Positions 40,101 to 50,729 of a DNA stretch of 64,000 nt are shown here, piece by piece (within the stretch, counting starts at the first letter, position 1; the number at the start of each line of letters is the position of its first letter). The notes beneath the pieces were generated by a model. That model had not been told where the DNA came from. It was given only the letters and a program-made list of their open reading frames with translations, and ran no database searches. Origin of the DNA: an uncultured delta proteobacterium (GTDB taxonomy: Bacteria; Myxococcota; Myxococcia; Myxococcales; Myxococcaceae); NCBI GenBank assembly GCA_963713045.1, contig CAVQKE010000007.1, positions 320,001-384,000 of the forward strand, read 5' to 3'. The position numbers and the translations under genes were made by a program.

Positions 40101-40415
40101 GCGGTGATGGGACTGCCCGGCCCCGCACAGGCCGTCGCCGAAGGCTTCTCCAACACCTGTGCGCTTGTCAGCAGCGGCGTCTGGTGCTGGGGGGACAACA
40201 CCTATGGCGAACTCGGGAACGGCACCACCACCAACAGCAAAGTGCCGGTGCAAGTCACCCCACTGGGCACCGCCCTGAACATCGCCGTTGGCTCTGAGCA
40301 CAGCTGCGCGGTCGTGAATGAAACCGCCTGGTGCTGGGGGGACAACTCCTTCGGCGACCTCGGGAACAACTCCCAGAGCGAGAGCAACGTGCCGGTCGAA
40401 GTCTACAGCCTTTAG
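37119..40415 (+). CDS. Surface lipoprotein with 8 IPT/TIG domains and a 7-blade RCC1-like propeller
   Basis: LTAC lipobox; eight P.I..V.P.SG...GG....F(T/S)Y units; seven CWG.N..G.LG units. Confidence 0.9.
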   Translation: MRGVFVRHSVLAFTAVVLTACNGGTKITSITPNSGPASGGRVVTIKGVDLAQVTTVDFATPPGPGLPEGPGFFFHAFATALQDVDSTTVICTTPADPNPAVPQDGDVATVTVNAPGAQAELSNGFTYYLLPAPTVSGVTPSAGPTTGGTAVTVTGANFDAGTTVQFGSAPASSVTVNGSTSLVATTPPENAGVVDVTVTNPDTQSGVLSGGFTYLSIFPAPVLTSVMPTSGKTDGGDSVTLSGLNIQTGATVQFGSAQASNVTVNSGHNGLFATTPAESEAGFVDVTLTNPDGQSAVLPRGFTYFFYLSPVPTIVGVSPSTGPATGGTSVTIAGTNFQLPNYPGVPSVQFGSAFASAVTVNSPVSLSATTPAGMVGAVDVTVTAPDGQSAVLQSGFTYYVGAPPTISSVSPSSGPVWGGTAVAISGTNFASGATVQFGDRPASAVTVNSSTSLTATTPFYEGFEGAVNVQVTNSDGQSASLPNGFTYLGPAPIVSSVTPRTGPTSGGTAVTIYGDNFQQGAAVTFGQAGDPNATVNSPTTISATTPAEASGVVDVTVTNLDFKSGVLHDGFTYTNSPPPTLSSVMPVSGPLPGGTPVTLSGSNFQQGATVQFGSAFARVATVTPTSISATTPAGAGAVDVTVTNPDTQSVVLHDGFTYTDAPTLTSVMPTSGPVAGMTVVTLSGTNFQMGATAHFHGVPATAVTVNNTLSITATTPAGTAGAADVTVINPDGQFATLSGGFSYFLVTGIASGSAHTCALVNGGAQCWGSNVGGQLGNDSTAVDSYVPVPVSNLTGGVTAIVGGLGHTCALVNGGVQCWGSNSYGQLGNNTTNNSNVPVPVPALTSGVQAIAAAGNHTCAVDANGAAWCWGDNQAGDLGNNSTTESLVPVSVHGLTSGVKAIAAGADHSCAIDMNGAAWCWGDNQYGELGNNSTNYSAVPVPVQGLTSGVQVIAAGGGAAEHTCAIPANNTVMCWGNNQYGQLGNNSTTNSDVPVAVMGLPGPAQAVAEGFSNTCALVSSGVWCWGDNTYGELGNGTTTNSKVPVQVTPLGTALNIAVGSEHSCAVVNETAWCWGDNSFGDLGNNSQSESNVPVEVYSL

Positions 40416-40449
40416 GGCGACGGCGAGGCGGTGGGCGCGAGCGCTTTGT

Positions 40450-43400
40450 CTACCGCTTCTTCGGCGGTGGAGCCTCAGTCGGCGCCGGGGTGTCTTCTTG
40501 CCGTGGGGCCGCGCGACGCGCCCCCTCGCGCGCCGCAGAAATTTCGGCTTGCGCCCTTTCATAAATGCTCTTCAGCTCTTCGGCACTGGGGCGGCCGCTG
40601 GCGCGACGCAGTGCGCTCAACTCCGTCTCCTGGGCGGTGGCGCGCCGCTGGACCATTTCCAAGCGGGCCTGGGCCTCGGCCAGGCGCGCCTGCAGCTCGG
40701 CCTCCTTGCCCTGGGCAGCCGAAGCTGCCGCTTGCACAGAAGCCAACTGCGCCCGCAGCCCGTCAAAGGCGGCGCGCTGTGCGTCCGCCCCGCGTGCCAA
40801 GGCCTGCAGTTCATCCGCCCTCTGGGCGACGTCCGCCGCCTGGCGCTGGGCCGCCTGGGCGGCCTCCTCGGCGGCGGCGCGCGCACCGCGTTCTGCCCCC
40901 ACCTCCTCGACTAGGGCGTCAGCATGCGCTGCCAACTCGGCCCGCTCCGCCACCAGGGCCGACAGCTGCGCCTCGGCGTCCGTCAGTTGCCGCTCCAGCG
41001 ACTCCCCTTGGGCCCGTTGCGCCTGGGCTTCCAGGGCGCTTCCGGCGCTGGAGGCACGCAGGGTTTCCAATTCCTGCTGCAGCGCTTCCTCCCGCGTGGA
41101 GGAGGCCGAAAGCTGCTCCTCCAGTGCGTTGCGTTCGAAGAGGGCAGTGCTGGCCGCGTCGCGGGCGCGTTCCAACTCCTCCGCCTCGTGCGCCGCGGCG
41201 GCCTGCACCTCGGCCGCGCGGGCCTGGGCCGCACTGTGGGATTCCAGAAGCTCGCGCCCCCTGGTGCGCTCGGCCTCCAACTCCCGCTGAAGCGTGTCCC
41301 GCAGCGCGCGGGCCACCCGCAGCTGCCCCTGCGCTTGCTCCAGCTGCTCGCGCAGCGGGCCTAAGTTGGCGGCCGAGGCTGCTGCGGCCTCCAGAGCCTC
41401 CTTGGCTTCCCGGACGGCCTCCTCTTCTTGCTCACTGGCCTGCAGCCGCTGAAGCAGTTGCGCTTTCTCACTGGCCCAAGCCTCGCGCTCGGCCGCGTCC
41501 GCGGCCAGCTGTTGGCGGGCCTCGGCCAGTGCGGCCACGGTGGTGCCCGCGCTGGCTCGGGCCTCCGCCCCGGATGCGCGCAACAGGGCGACTTCCGCGC
41601 GCAGCGCTTCTTCGGCCGAAGCCGCGCGCGCCGCGGCCTCGGCGGACGCCTCGGCGGCGGCCTGGGCCGCCTGCAGCTCGGCCTTGACGGACTCGGCCTC
41701 GGCCAGGGCCTGGGTGCGCTCGGCCTGTTGCACGCCGACGTCCTCGGCCTTCCTGTCCAAGGCCGCCCGCAGCGCCGAGGCTTCCTGCAGCAGCTGCTGA
41801 CGGACGCCCTCCACGTCCGCCAGGCGCTGGCGAAGCGCGTCGGCCTCCGCCTCGGCGTCGTCGGCGCGCTGCGTTTCCAAGGACAGTCGGCCGAGGACTT
41901 CGGCTTGCTCGGCGACGGCGCGGCGCAGCGCCTCCAGCTCCTCGGCGACGCCTTCCGGCACCGTTTCCAGGGCGGTGGTGCGAGCCTGGGCCAAGTCGGA
42001 CTCGAGGCTGTCCACCAGGGCCCGCGCCTGTTTCTCCTGGGCCTCAGCCACTGCCACCTTGGCCTGAAGGCGCTCAGCCACGTCCCGCAGTGCTTCCAGT
42101 TCGGTGTGTTCCGACACCTGTTCTAGGGAAAGCGGGCTTTCCAAGGCCTTCTGCTGCATGGCGCGCAGCCGCGCCGCATCGGACTCCGCAGCGCGCTCTG
42201 CTCTGGCCCGCTCCCCCTCCAGCCACACCACCCGCTGCTCCAGTGCCTCGGCCCGCGCCTTTTCCGTGGCTGCCGTCCCCTGAAGCGACTCAATGGCGGC
42301 CAGCGCCGTGCTGTGTTGCTCGGCCAGCCGCAGTTCCCTCTCTCGGGCCTGGGCCAGCCGCTCCTCAACGGCCCGACGGTCGAGGTTCGCTTGGGCCGGG
42401 ACGGCTCCCGCCTCAGCCGCCCGCAACTGGGCCACCTCCTCCCGGACGCCCCGCAATTCTTCGTAAGCAGCCGTCAGCTTGGTGCGCGCGTCGTCGAGGA
42501 GGCGCGTCACCTCCTCGCGCCTTGCCCGTTCCAGGCGCACCGACTCCTGCGCCGCCAGCACCTGGGCCATGCCCTGGCGCTCCTCCTGGTGGACGGCGTC
42601 CAGCTGTGCCCTCTGCACCCCCAGGCGACGTTCGGCCTCCAGCGCACGCTCCAGCGCACTTCGGCCCTCGGCCTCAAGGCGCCGGACCCGGGCAGCAAGT
42701 TCGTCCTGGGCCAGCGGTTGCAGCGGGTGGCGCTCGCGGGCCTCGGCCTGCGCCTGCCAGCGCCGCGCCTCCTCCTCGGCCCGCCCCTGTGCCTCCCGGG
42801 TGCGGGCCAGCTCGCTCTTCAAGGTGTCCGAATCGGCCCGGGTATGTTCCAAGCGACTCCTTCAGCCGCCGACTCCTCTCCTCCCACTCGCGGGCCCGCG
42901 TGGACACTTCATCCAGACGGTTGCCGGTGAAGGCCAGTGGCGCCGGGGGCAGCTGCACCCAGGTGGGGTCGACCGGCCGCTGGGGGTCTTGGCTGGCCAG
43001 CACCACGAAGTAGGCCGCTTCGCCGGTGCCGGCCAGCGTCCCGTCCACCTGAAGCCCTTCGCTCCTCTCAAAGGCCAGCTGGTAGCCGAGGAGTGGACTT
43101 TGGGTGGCCACCTCCACCGTGCGGAAGTGGGACGACAGCGCGTCCAAAGCCTGGCCGTAGGTGGGCGGGGCACCTTCCGCGTCGGGCTCCATCAGCTGGG
43201 CCAGCGAGAGGCCGGCCGGGTTTCGCAGTCCACCCACCAGAGAACCGGTGGGGGAGACTTGCGCCACCAACTCCCGCAGCAGTTCCGGCGCTCGCACCCA
43301 AGGGGCGAGGTCCGCCACCAACACCAAGTCGAAGCCTCCGGGAGGCAAGTCGTCGAAGACGGTGGCCCGGAAGCGCAGGTTGGCGCTGCCCAGGCGGCTT

Positions 43401-43603
43401 TGGGCGTCGGCCACCGCGACCAAGTCATCGTCGCAAGCCAGCACCACCCGGGCCCCGCGCTCCAGGAGGAATTGGGCGGAGGCGCCCCCGGTGGCGGACA
43501 CCGCGCCCACTTCCAGAACCCGGCGGCGGACGAAGAGGCTCTCGGCAAAAATGTACCGGGGAAGCAGCTCGCTGACGCCCAGGCGGCGGAACGTGAGGTT
43601 CAT
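40450..43603 (-). CDS. SAM-methyltransferase-like domain fused to a long coiled coil, frameshifted near 42851
   Basis: RVLEVGAV..GG.SA..L...GAR.VLACD, FDLVLV; removing one base joins KESL to EHTRADSD and an 800 aa A/E/R/Q coiled coil. Confidence 0.75.
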
Positions 43604-43685
43604 GGGCGCTTGACAGGAAGGACTATACCCCCAAGGTTCCCGCACCCGCCCCTTCCTAGGCACACGCGGGAAACACGAGGCCCCC

Positions 43686-44420
43686 ATGGCGACTCCCACC
43701 CCCACCACCTTTGGCCAGCGCGCAGGGCACGCCGTCCGTCGCCTGCTGGTGACGCTGTTGGTGCTGGCCCTGGCTGGAATTGTCTGTGTGCTGCTGGCCC
43801 GGGACAACGCGCGGACGTATTCGCTGAAGATGGAGGGCAGCAAGCTGGTCGTCCAGAAGGGGCGAATGCTGCCCTGGGGCAGTGCGCCCTACCGTCCGTC
43901 GGACCCAAGCCTGGCCGAGGCGTATGCCCCCATCGACCTCGGGGCCGCCATTGCCGGCACCACTGAAGTGGAGCGCTACGAGGACCGGGATGAGTTGGAC
44001 CGTGCGCTGTTTCGCGTGCTGGAGGCAGCCGCCCGCCCGAAGCTGCTTGCCGATGACACCCAGGTGGTGGCCAGCGGGATGGCGCTGTTGCACCGCATGG
44101 AACTGCTGCAGGGGACGAGTGAGGAGCAGCGCCGGACGCTGCGCAGCCTGGAACTGGACGTGGCCTATGACCAGGCCCGCATCCGCTTCGAGGAGGCCCG
44201 GCGCGCCGTGTCAGACGGACTCACCCAGTTGCGCATCGCCGCCGACAGCCCGACGCGGCGGGCGCGGGCAGCGCATGCGATGCTGGTGAAGGTGGAGCCG
44301 GCCGCCGCCGCGTTGGAGGACGTGCTGCGCCAGGTGGTGGTGACGCTGGCGGAAACCCCGCCCGGCGCGGTGGCCCCAGCCTCTACCACCCCGGCGGCGC
44401 CCGACGCTGGCGCACCCTAA
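43686..44420 (+). CDS. Membrane-anchored hypothetical protein
   Basis: GAGG RBS; single N-terminal TM segment; helical domain. Confidence 0.7.
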   Translation: MATPTPTTFGQRAGHAVRRLLVTLLVLALAGIVCVLLARDNARTYSLKMEGSKLVVQKGRMLPWGSAPYRPSDPSLAEAYAPIDLGAAIAGTTEVERYEDRDELDRALFRVLEAAARPKLLADDTQVVASGMALLHRMELLQGTSEEQRRTLRSLELDVAYDQARIRFEEARRAVSDGLTQLRIAADSPTRRARAAHAMLVKVEPAAAALEDVLRQVVVTLAETPPGAVAPASTTPAAPDAGAP

Positions 44421-44433
44421 ACGCTTAAGCGCC

Positions 44434-45018
44434 TCAGCGAAGGACGCCCAGGTAAGGAAGGTTGCGCCAGCGGCCTGCCCAGTCCAGTCCGTAGCCGACG
44501 ACGAAGACGTCGTCGATGACGAAACCCCGGTAGCGAATGTCCACGTGCGTCCGGGCGCGGGCCGGCTTCTCGAGAAGCGTGCACAGGGCGAGGCTCTTCG
44601 GACTTCTGGCCTGCAACAGACTCATCAGGAAGCCGGCGGTGAGGCCAGTGTCCACAATGTCCTCCACCAGAAGGACATCCTTGCCGGCCAGCGGCTGCGC
44701 GACGTCGGTCGAGATGCGCACTTCCCCCGAGCTCTCGGTGGCGTCGGCGTAAGAGGACACGCCGATGAATTCGAACTCCACCGGCAAGTCAATGGCCCGC
44801 ACCAAGTCCGCACAGAAGAGGACCGCCCCTTTCAGGACGCACACCACGGTGAGCGTCCGCCCGGCATAGTCCCGCGTAATTTGCCGCCCCAGCGCGCGGA
44901 CCCGAGCGCGCACTTGGGGTGGAGAGATGAGGGGACGCACCGATGTCCCGAAGGGGCGAGGGACCCTCACCTTCCGCCTTCGCCCTCCGCCGACGGCCGT
45001 CTTCTTCCGCAATGCCAT
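44434..45018 (-). CDS. hpt: Hypoxanthine phosphoribosyltransferase
   Basis: VLKGAVLF, LLVEDIVDTGLT, FVVGYGLD. Confidence 0.95.
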   Translation of the reverse strand: MALRKKTAVGGGRRRKVRVPRPFGTSVRPLISPPQVRARVRALGRQITRDYAGRTLTVVCVLKGAVLFCADLVRAIDLPVEFEFIGVSSYADATESSGEVRISTDVAQPLAGKDVLLVEDIVDTGLTAGFLMSLLQARSPKSLALCTLLEKPARARTHVDIRYRGFVIDDVFVVGYGLDWAGRWRNLPYLGVLR

Positions 45019-45277
45019 GTGGCAAGAGACTCCTCGACGCCCCCCCGCCGGGGCCCGCTGCCCATCCGCCTTGGAGGCAGCTGCCCGGTGCAGGTGGGGC
45101 GTCACGCGCTTGCTGCTGGGGGCGTGGCAGTGTACCGCACGCACGGACCTGCACTCCCCGGACGGCAGCACAGGACGGAATTTTTTGGCGGACGACGCCC
45201 GGCGGCCCAGCCAGGGCCTGTCCAGGGCCTTCCGCCACCCACCGCTTTTGGGCTAGTGACCACCAAAGGCCATGCCC

Positions 45278-46222
45278 ATGCGCGATTTCAAGGTTTTCGC
45301 CGGCAATTCCAACGTTGCTCTCGCCAGCCGCATTTGCGAGCACCTGAAGCGCCCGTTGAGTAAGGCCGACGTCGGCCGGTTTTCGGACGGGGAAATTCAG
45401 GTGGAAATTGGGGAAAACGTCCGCGGCCAGGACACGTTCATCATCCAGTCCACCTCCCCGCCGGCCAATGACCACCTGATGGAGCTGCTCATCATGGTCG
45501 ACGCCCTGAAGCGCGCTTCGGCCGCCTCCATCACCGCCGTCATCCCCTACTTCGGCTACGCCCGTCAGGACCGCAAGGTGGTCCCCCGCACGCCCATCAC
45601 CGCCAAGCTGGTGGCGGACCTGATGGAGTCCGCCGGCACCACCCGCATGGTGTCGATGGACATGCACGTGGCGCAGATTCAGGGCTTCTTCCACATTCCG
45701 AGCGACCACCTCTTCGCCTCGCCCGTCTTCTTGGAGGACATTCGGCGGCGCTTCGGCAACACCGAGGAGTTGGTGCTGGTGTCTCCCGACGCAGGGGGCG
45801 TCGAGCGGACCCGCGCCTATTCCAAGCGCCTCAACGCTGGCCTGGCGATTGTCGACAAGCGGCGCACCCGGGCCAACGTCTCCGAAGTGATGAACGTCAT
45901 CGGCGACGTCCGGGGCCGGGACACCATCATCATCGATGACATGGTGGACACCGGCGGGACGTTGACCCAGGCCGCGCAGGTGCTGAGGAACGAGGGGGCG
46001 CGACGGGTGCTGGCCTACGCCGTCCACCCCATCCTCTCCGGCCCGGCAGTCAACCGCATTCAAGAGTCAGCGCTGGAAGAGGCCGTCTTCACCGACACCA
46101 TCCCGTTGGGCACTGCCGCCGCGGCCTGCCCCAAAATCCGTCAGCTCAGCACCGCCCGTCTCTTCGCTGAGGCCATCCAGCGCATCTACTCCGGGGACTC
46201 TTTAAGCTCCCTCTTCGTCTAG
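45278..46222 (+). CDS. prs: Ribose-phosphate pyrophosphokinase
   Basis: FSDGEI, PYFGYARQDRK, SPDAGG, IDDMVDTGGT. Confidence 0.96.
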   Translation: MRDFKVFAGNSNVALASRICEHLKRPLSKADVGRFSDGEIQVEIGENVRGQDTFIIQSTSPPANDHLMELLIMVDALKRASAASITAVIPYFGYARQDRKVVPRTPITAKLVADLMESAGTTRMVSMDMHVAQIQGFFHIPSDHLFASPVFLEDIRRRFGNTEELVLVSPDAGGVERTRAYSKRLNAGLAIVDKRRTRANVSEVMNVIGDVRGRDTIIIDDMVDTGGTLTQAAQVLRNEGARRVLAYAVHPILSGPAVNRIQESALEEAVFTDTIPLGTAAAACPKIRQLSTARLFAEAIQRIYSGDSLSSLFV

Positions 46223-46243
46223 CGGCAACCTGAGACAGCGGCG

Positions 46244-46618
46244 GTGGACAAGTCAGGCTCGAAGGTGGTGCTGGTGGTGGAGGACGACCCGGACATCCGG
46301 GAAGTGCTTCAGGAGATGCTCGACTCCGGCGGCCACCAGGTGCTGACCGCCTCCAACGGCCGCGAGGCCCTCGACGTGCTGGACCGCGTGGCCAGCCCTT
46401 GCCTGGTGCTACTCGACCTGATGATGCCGGTGATGAGCGGCTTTGCCTTCCTCGAGGAACTCCAGCGCCGTCCGGACAAGGCCCGAGTCTCGGTGCTGCT
46501 CATCTCCGCCAACGCGCAAGTGGAGCAGGCCGCGCGCGGCAAGGGCGTGGTGGGCTTCGTCAGGAAGCCCTTCGACTTGGACGACGTCCTGGCCTTGGTG
46601 GACCGCCACGCCAAGTAA
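46244..46618 (+). CDS. Single-domain response regulator
   Basis: VVEDD, LLDLMMPVMSG, KPF. Confidence 0.92.
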   Translation: MDKSGSKVVLVVEDDPDIREVLQEMLDSGGHQVLTASNGREALDVLDRVASPCLVLLDLMMPVMSGFAFLEELQRRPDKARVSVLLISANAQVEQAARGKGVVGFVRKPFDLDDVLALVDRHAK

Positions 46619-46647
46619 CAAAAGCAGCGGCACCGCCGCCGGGGCCT

Positions 46648-49600
46648 CTAGGGCGCCTCCTGCCGCATTTTGGCCCAGTCGTAGACCGGGTATTTCGGCC
46701 GCTTGATGGGAGCAGGTGGGTGCTGCTGCAGGTTTTCCAGCGCGACGGCTACGCTGCGCTCGAGCTGCGGGTCCTGCCCCTTTCGCACGAGCGCCGGGTC
46801 CTCCTCGACGACGATGTCCGGGGAGACGCCTTTGTTCTCAACGTCGAATTCGCCCGTCACTGGGTTGTACAGCGCCCAGCGCGGCGCGGTGACTTGGCCG
46901 CCATCCATGAGGAAGGGATAGCCTCCAATCCCAATCAAACCACCCCAGGTGCGGGTGCCGATGAGCGGCCCCAGGGCGAGCTTGCGAAACATCCAAGGCA
47001 GAGCGTCGCCGCCCGAGCCGGCGTCCTCATCCAGCAGCATCACCTTCGGACCGCGGATGGTGCGGGGGATGGGGTCATCGTCCCCCTCGCGAGTCATGGC
47101 GACCATCAACAGCGGCCGAGAAAGCCAGTCGACCACGTAGTCGGCAATCCACCCGCCGCTGTTGTGGCGCTCGTCGATGACGGCTCCCTGCCGGTTGGAC
47201 TGGGCGAAGTAGTAGCGGTTGAAGTTGGTGAAGCCGTTGACGGCGGTATCCGGCAGGTAGACGTAGGCCAAACGTCCGTCACTCAGCTGGTCGACCTTCC
47301 GGCGGTTCTGCTCCATCCACCCGCGCAGACGCAGCCCCTGCTCGTTGGCGATGGGCACCACTGCCACCAGCCGAGCCCCCTTGCCGCTCGGGTCGGGCCC
47401 CAACTTGAGCTGCACCGTCTTGCCAGCGGTTTCCTCGAAAAAGGCGTAGACCTCGTCGGTTGCGAAGAGCTCGCGTCCATTGACGGCCAACAGGTAGTCG
47501 CCCTCGTGGACGTTGACGCCCGGCTCGGTGAGGGGCGCGCGCACGTCGGGGTTCCAGTTCTCGCCACGGTAGATGTGGGCGAAACGGTAGCGGTTGTGGT
47601 CGATGCTGTAGTCTGCGCCCAACAGGCCACCGCCCACGTGCTTCACGCTCGGGCGATCTCCGCCGGTGATGTAGATGTGCTGAGCCGTGATGTCGCCCAG
47701 CATGTCGGTGAAGATGTAGGTGAGGTCGGCGCGGCTCATGACGGCGTCGACGTAGGGCTGGTAGGCCGCTATCAACGCCTTGCGGTCGACGCCGTGGAGA
47801 TTGGGGTCGTAGAAGAAGTCTCGCTCGATTCGCCAGACTTCCCGGTACATCTGCTCCCACTCGGCATGCGGGTCGACGTAGACCTCCATCGCATCGAGCT
47901 TCAACGGTTCCTCGGGCTTGCCCGGTTCGGGGGGCTTACCCAGCGAGGCGAGCGCCTTGATGAACCAGGGACCGTGAAGCTCCTGGCCGCCGGGCGCTGC
48001 TTCGCTTGGCGGGGGAAGCTGCTCGTAGAGTGCCTTCTCTGCTTTGGCGGCAACCACGAAGTTGCGGACCCGCTCGAGCAGCTTGTCCGTCTTCCGCGTG
48101 CAGAGGTCGAACTTGTGGACGGTCACGGCGTTGGGGCCGGTGCGCGCGTCGACGGTTGGACCTTCTAATAGGTATACCAGGTGGCTCTTCCCGACGAGCA
48201 ACCCTGAGTAGTTTCGCGCCGGGAAGGGCAGCGCCAAAAGACGCTGGTCGATGGCCTCGAAGTCGATTTTCACCACCGGCGGCGTCTTGGGAGCGGCGTC
48301 CTTCTTCTGCTCCTCCTCCACCTTGCACTCTGAAGCGGGGGGCTGGGCGCCTGCGCGGCCCGGCTGCACCTCGGGTTTCTCCTCGTCCGTCAGTGGCATC
48401 AACGGCGAGGGTTGGTCTTTGCTCAGCACCAGAAGGTAGCCGCTGCGCGTGACGGGTAGCTTGTAGCCCGCCATGGAGCTCGCGAGGATGGGGCCACTGT
48501 CGGTGCTGGCGAGGAAGTAGAGGTACTTGCCGTTGCGGTCGAAAGCGGCGCTCGCAGCGTCGCTCGAGCCGTCCGTCACTTGGTGGCGGGCGCTGGCCCC
48601 GACGTCGTAGATGAAGACCGCCCCCAACCCAGTGGGCAAGGGGCGAGTGTAGGCCAGGTAGCGGCTGTCGGGCGACCAGGCGGGTGAGAAGTCTGTGAGG
48701 AAGGGGCTGGTGTCCACCAGCACCGGCTTTCCCCGCTCGATGTCGACCAACCACAGGTTGTAGCGTTTGTCGTAGTAAGCGATGCGCTTGCTGTCCGGCG
48801 ACCAGGTGGGAGAGTAGAAAAAAGAGGGCGGGGTACCGAGGTCGATTTTGCGCACCTCGCCGAGCCCCTCCTGCGGACGGATGTGCAGCGCGTACTCGCC
48901 AGACTCGTCCGAGAAGTAGGCGATGGACTTGCCGTCCGGGGACCAAGCCGGGTCGCGGTCGGCGATGCCCGGGGTGTTGGTCAAGTTGCGGATGTCTCCG
49001 TGCTCGGCGGGCACGGTGAGAATTTCCCCATTGGCCTCGAAGACGGCGCGGGCACCGCTCGGGGAGAGGTCGGGATTGCGAAGCTGCTGGCCGACTTTCA
49101 TGAAGTGAGGGCGCACCGCCGGGAAGTCGGCCGCCAGCCGGATGGGGACACTGCGCTGGCTCTTCGTCTTCGGGTCGAAGAGGTGAAGGGAGCCGAATTG
49201 CTCGTAAACGATGACGTCCGGACCGGCCGAGGCTGACTTGATGTCGAGGCCCCCGGTGGCGATGGCCAAGGTGACTTGCTTGCTGGTGGTGTCGTAGGCA
49301 AACAAGCTCACTGGGCCGTTGCGGTCGGAGAGGAAGTAAACGGTGTTCCCGAGCCACATCGGGCTGGTGTCATTCGAGTCCTTGCGCGGGACCTTCTCGA
49401 TGGACGAATCCTCGAGCTTGGCCACCCAAATGGGTGCGGCGGTACCGCCGCGGTAGTGCTTGATGCTGCGCCCCATGAGCCCATTCGCCCCACCATTGCT
49501 GAAGGGGACGTAGGCCAGGTGAGTCGCGTCAGCCGAGTAGCTCCCTTGCTCCGCCATGGGCAGCGGCACCTCCTCGGGAAAGCCTCCGTCGAGCCCGACG

Positions 49601-50097
49601 GTGTAGAGCTGGCGTCTGCGGTTGAAAGGGCCGCGCGTCGAGCGAAAGAGAATTCGCTTGCCGTCTGGCGTCCATCCCACCACCTGGTCTGGTGCAGGGT
49701 GGGAGGTGAGCCGCTTCGGCTGGCCGCCGCTCGCCGGCACCAGGTAGACGTCCTGGTTGCCGTCGTACTCGCCGCTGAAAGCCACCAGGGTGCCGTCCGG
49801 CGAGAAGAAGGGGTTGGTCTCGATGCCAACGTCACTGGTGAGCCGGTGCGCCTCGCCGCCGCTGCGGTCGACAATCCACAAGTCGTCTCCGCTGCTGAAG
49901 ACAATTTGCGTCTGGCTCACACTGGGGTTCCGGAGCAGCAGCGCCGGCGTCGCTTGCACCGGCGCGTGAGGCGCGGTGGGTGCGCCAGGCGGGGCGGGCG
50001 CTGCTGGGTTCGCTTCAGGCGTGGGACTGGGTTTCCGCTCGCAGGCCACGCAGCACGCCGCGACTGCCAGGGCGAAAGACACTCTCTGCAGAAACAT
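46648..50097 (-). CDS. Tricorn-like S41 protease, probable lipoprotein
   Basis: PD40-like SPDG repeats, PDZ-like region, GSGGDA and GTRTWGG catalytic motifs; CVAC signal. Confidence 0.92.
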   Translation of the reverse strand: MFLQRVSFALAVAACCVACERKPSPTPEANPAAPAPPGAPTAPHAPVQATPALLLRNPSVSQTQIVFSSGDDLWIVDRSGGEAHRLTSDVGIETNPFFSPDGTLVAFSGEYDGNQDVYLVPASGGQPKRLTSHPAPDQVVGWTPDGKRILFRSTRGPFNRRRQLYTVGLDGGFPEEVPLPMAEQGSYSADATHLAYVPFSNGGANGLMGRSIKHYRGGTAAPIWVAKLEDSSIEKVPRKDSNDTSPMWLGNTVYFLSDRNGPVSLFAYDTTSKQVTLAIATGGLDIKSASAGPDVIVYEQFGSLHLFDPKTKSQRSVPIRLAADFPAVRPHFMKVGQQLRNPDLSPSGARAVFEANGEILTVPAEHGDIRNLTNTPGIADRDPAWSPDGKSIAYFSDESGEYALHIRPQEGLGEVRKIDLGTPPSFFYSPTWSPDSKRIAYYDKRYNLWLVDIERGKPVLVDTSPFLTDFSPAWSPDSRYLAYTRPLPTGLGAVFIYDVGASARHQVTDGSSDAASAAFDRNGKYLYFLASTDSGPILASSMAGYKLPVTRSGYLLVLSKDQPSPLMPLTDEEKPEVQPGRAGAQPPASECKVEEEQKKDAAPKTPPVVKIDFEAIDQRLLALPFPARNYSGLLVGKSHLVYLLEGPTVDARTGPNAVTVHKFDLCTRKTDKLLERVRNFVVAAKAEKALYEQLPPPSEAAPGGQELHGPWFIKALASLGKPPEPGKPEEPLKLDAMEVYVDPHAEWEQMYREVWRIERDFFYDPNLHGVDRKALIAAYQPYVDAVMSRADLTYIFTDMLGDITAQHIYITGGDRPSVKHVGGGLLGADYSIDHNRYRFAHIYRGENWNPDVRAPLTEPGVNVHEGDYLLAVNGRELFATDEVYAFFEETAGKTVQLKLGPDPSGKGARLVAVVPIANEQGLRLRGWMEQNRRKVDQLSDGRLAYVYLPDTAVNGFTNFNRYYFAQSNRQGAVIDERHNSGGWIADYVVDWLSRPLLMVAMTREGDDDPIPRTIRGPKVMLLDEDAGSGGDALPWMFRKLALGPLIGTRTWGGLIGIGGYPFLMDGGQVTAPRWALYNPVTGEFDVENKGVSPDIVVEEDPALVRKGQDPQLERSVAVALENLQQHPPAPIKRPKYPVYDWAKMRQEAP

Positions 50098-50729
50098 TCT
50101 AGACGCTCCACATTCCAGGGCATTGCAGACGCCCAAACCAAAAAAGGGGGGCGCAGCATGCCGTGCCAGCGGCGGAAGGCAAGCGTGGAGCAGGGGGCTG
50201 CGGCTCAAACAGCGCGGCTGCCAGCTTGCTTACAGCGCCGCCACCTCCTCGCGAAGACGTCTCTCGGCGCGTCGGACACCTCTCCCAGGGTGGCGAGGGC
50301 CTTCACCGCTTCGAGAAGGCGGGGCCTGAGGTTTTATTGTCACCGCCCAAGCCAAAAACGGCCGTTGAGCCGCGTTTAAATGGCACAGCAGACGCCGATG
50401 ACCGCTGGTCCAAGCTCATGCGGCGCATCCCTCGACGCCTTCAGCCAGCTCGCACCGCAGCCGCAATGCGGGTGATGAAGGTGAAGGGGCTGCGCGTGAG
50501 TCGCCACCTTCCAGTGGGGAAGCGGCTCGCGGTTGACGGAGGCTCGAAGCCGACCCCTCCACCGGGCCCCTGATTCAGCCTGCGTCCCGAGCTTCGAGCC
50601 CAAGGGCTGTCCCTGCGAGCTGTCGGCCGTCGCGCGGCCGCTGAAGGCAATGTCAACCGCAACGGCAAGCCCGACGGCGCTGACGACGTCCAGGCACTGC
50701 TGGGAATTTCGCAGTGGAGGGAGGTGGCT

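Noticed and set aside
39350..40415. DGR template/variable repeat, suggested by AAC-rich repeats
   Set aside because: The repeats are in-frame RCC1 blades; there is no reverse transcriptase and no adenine-specific mismatch pair was seen
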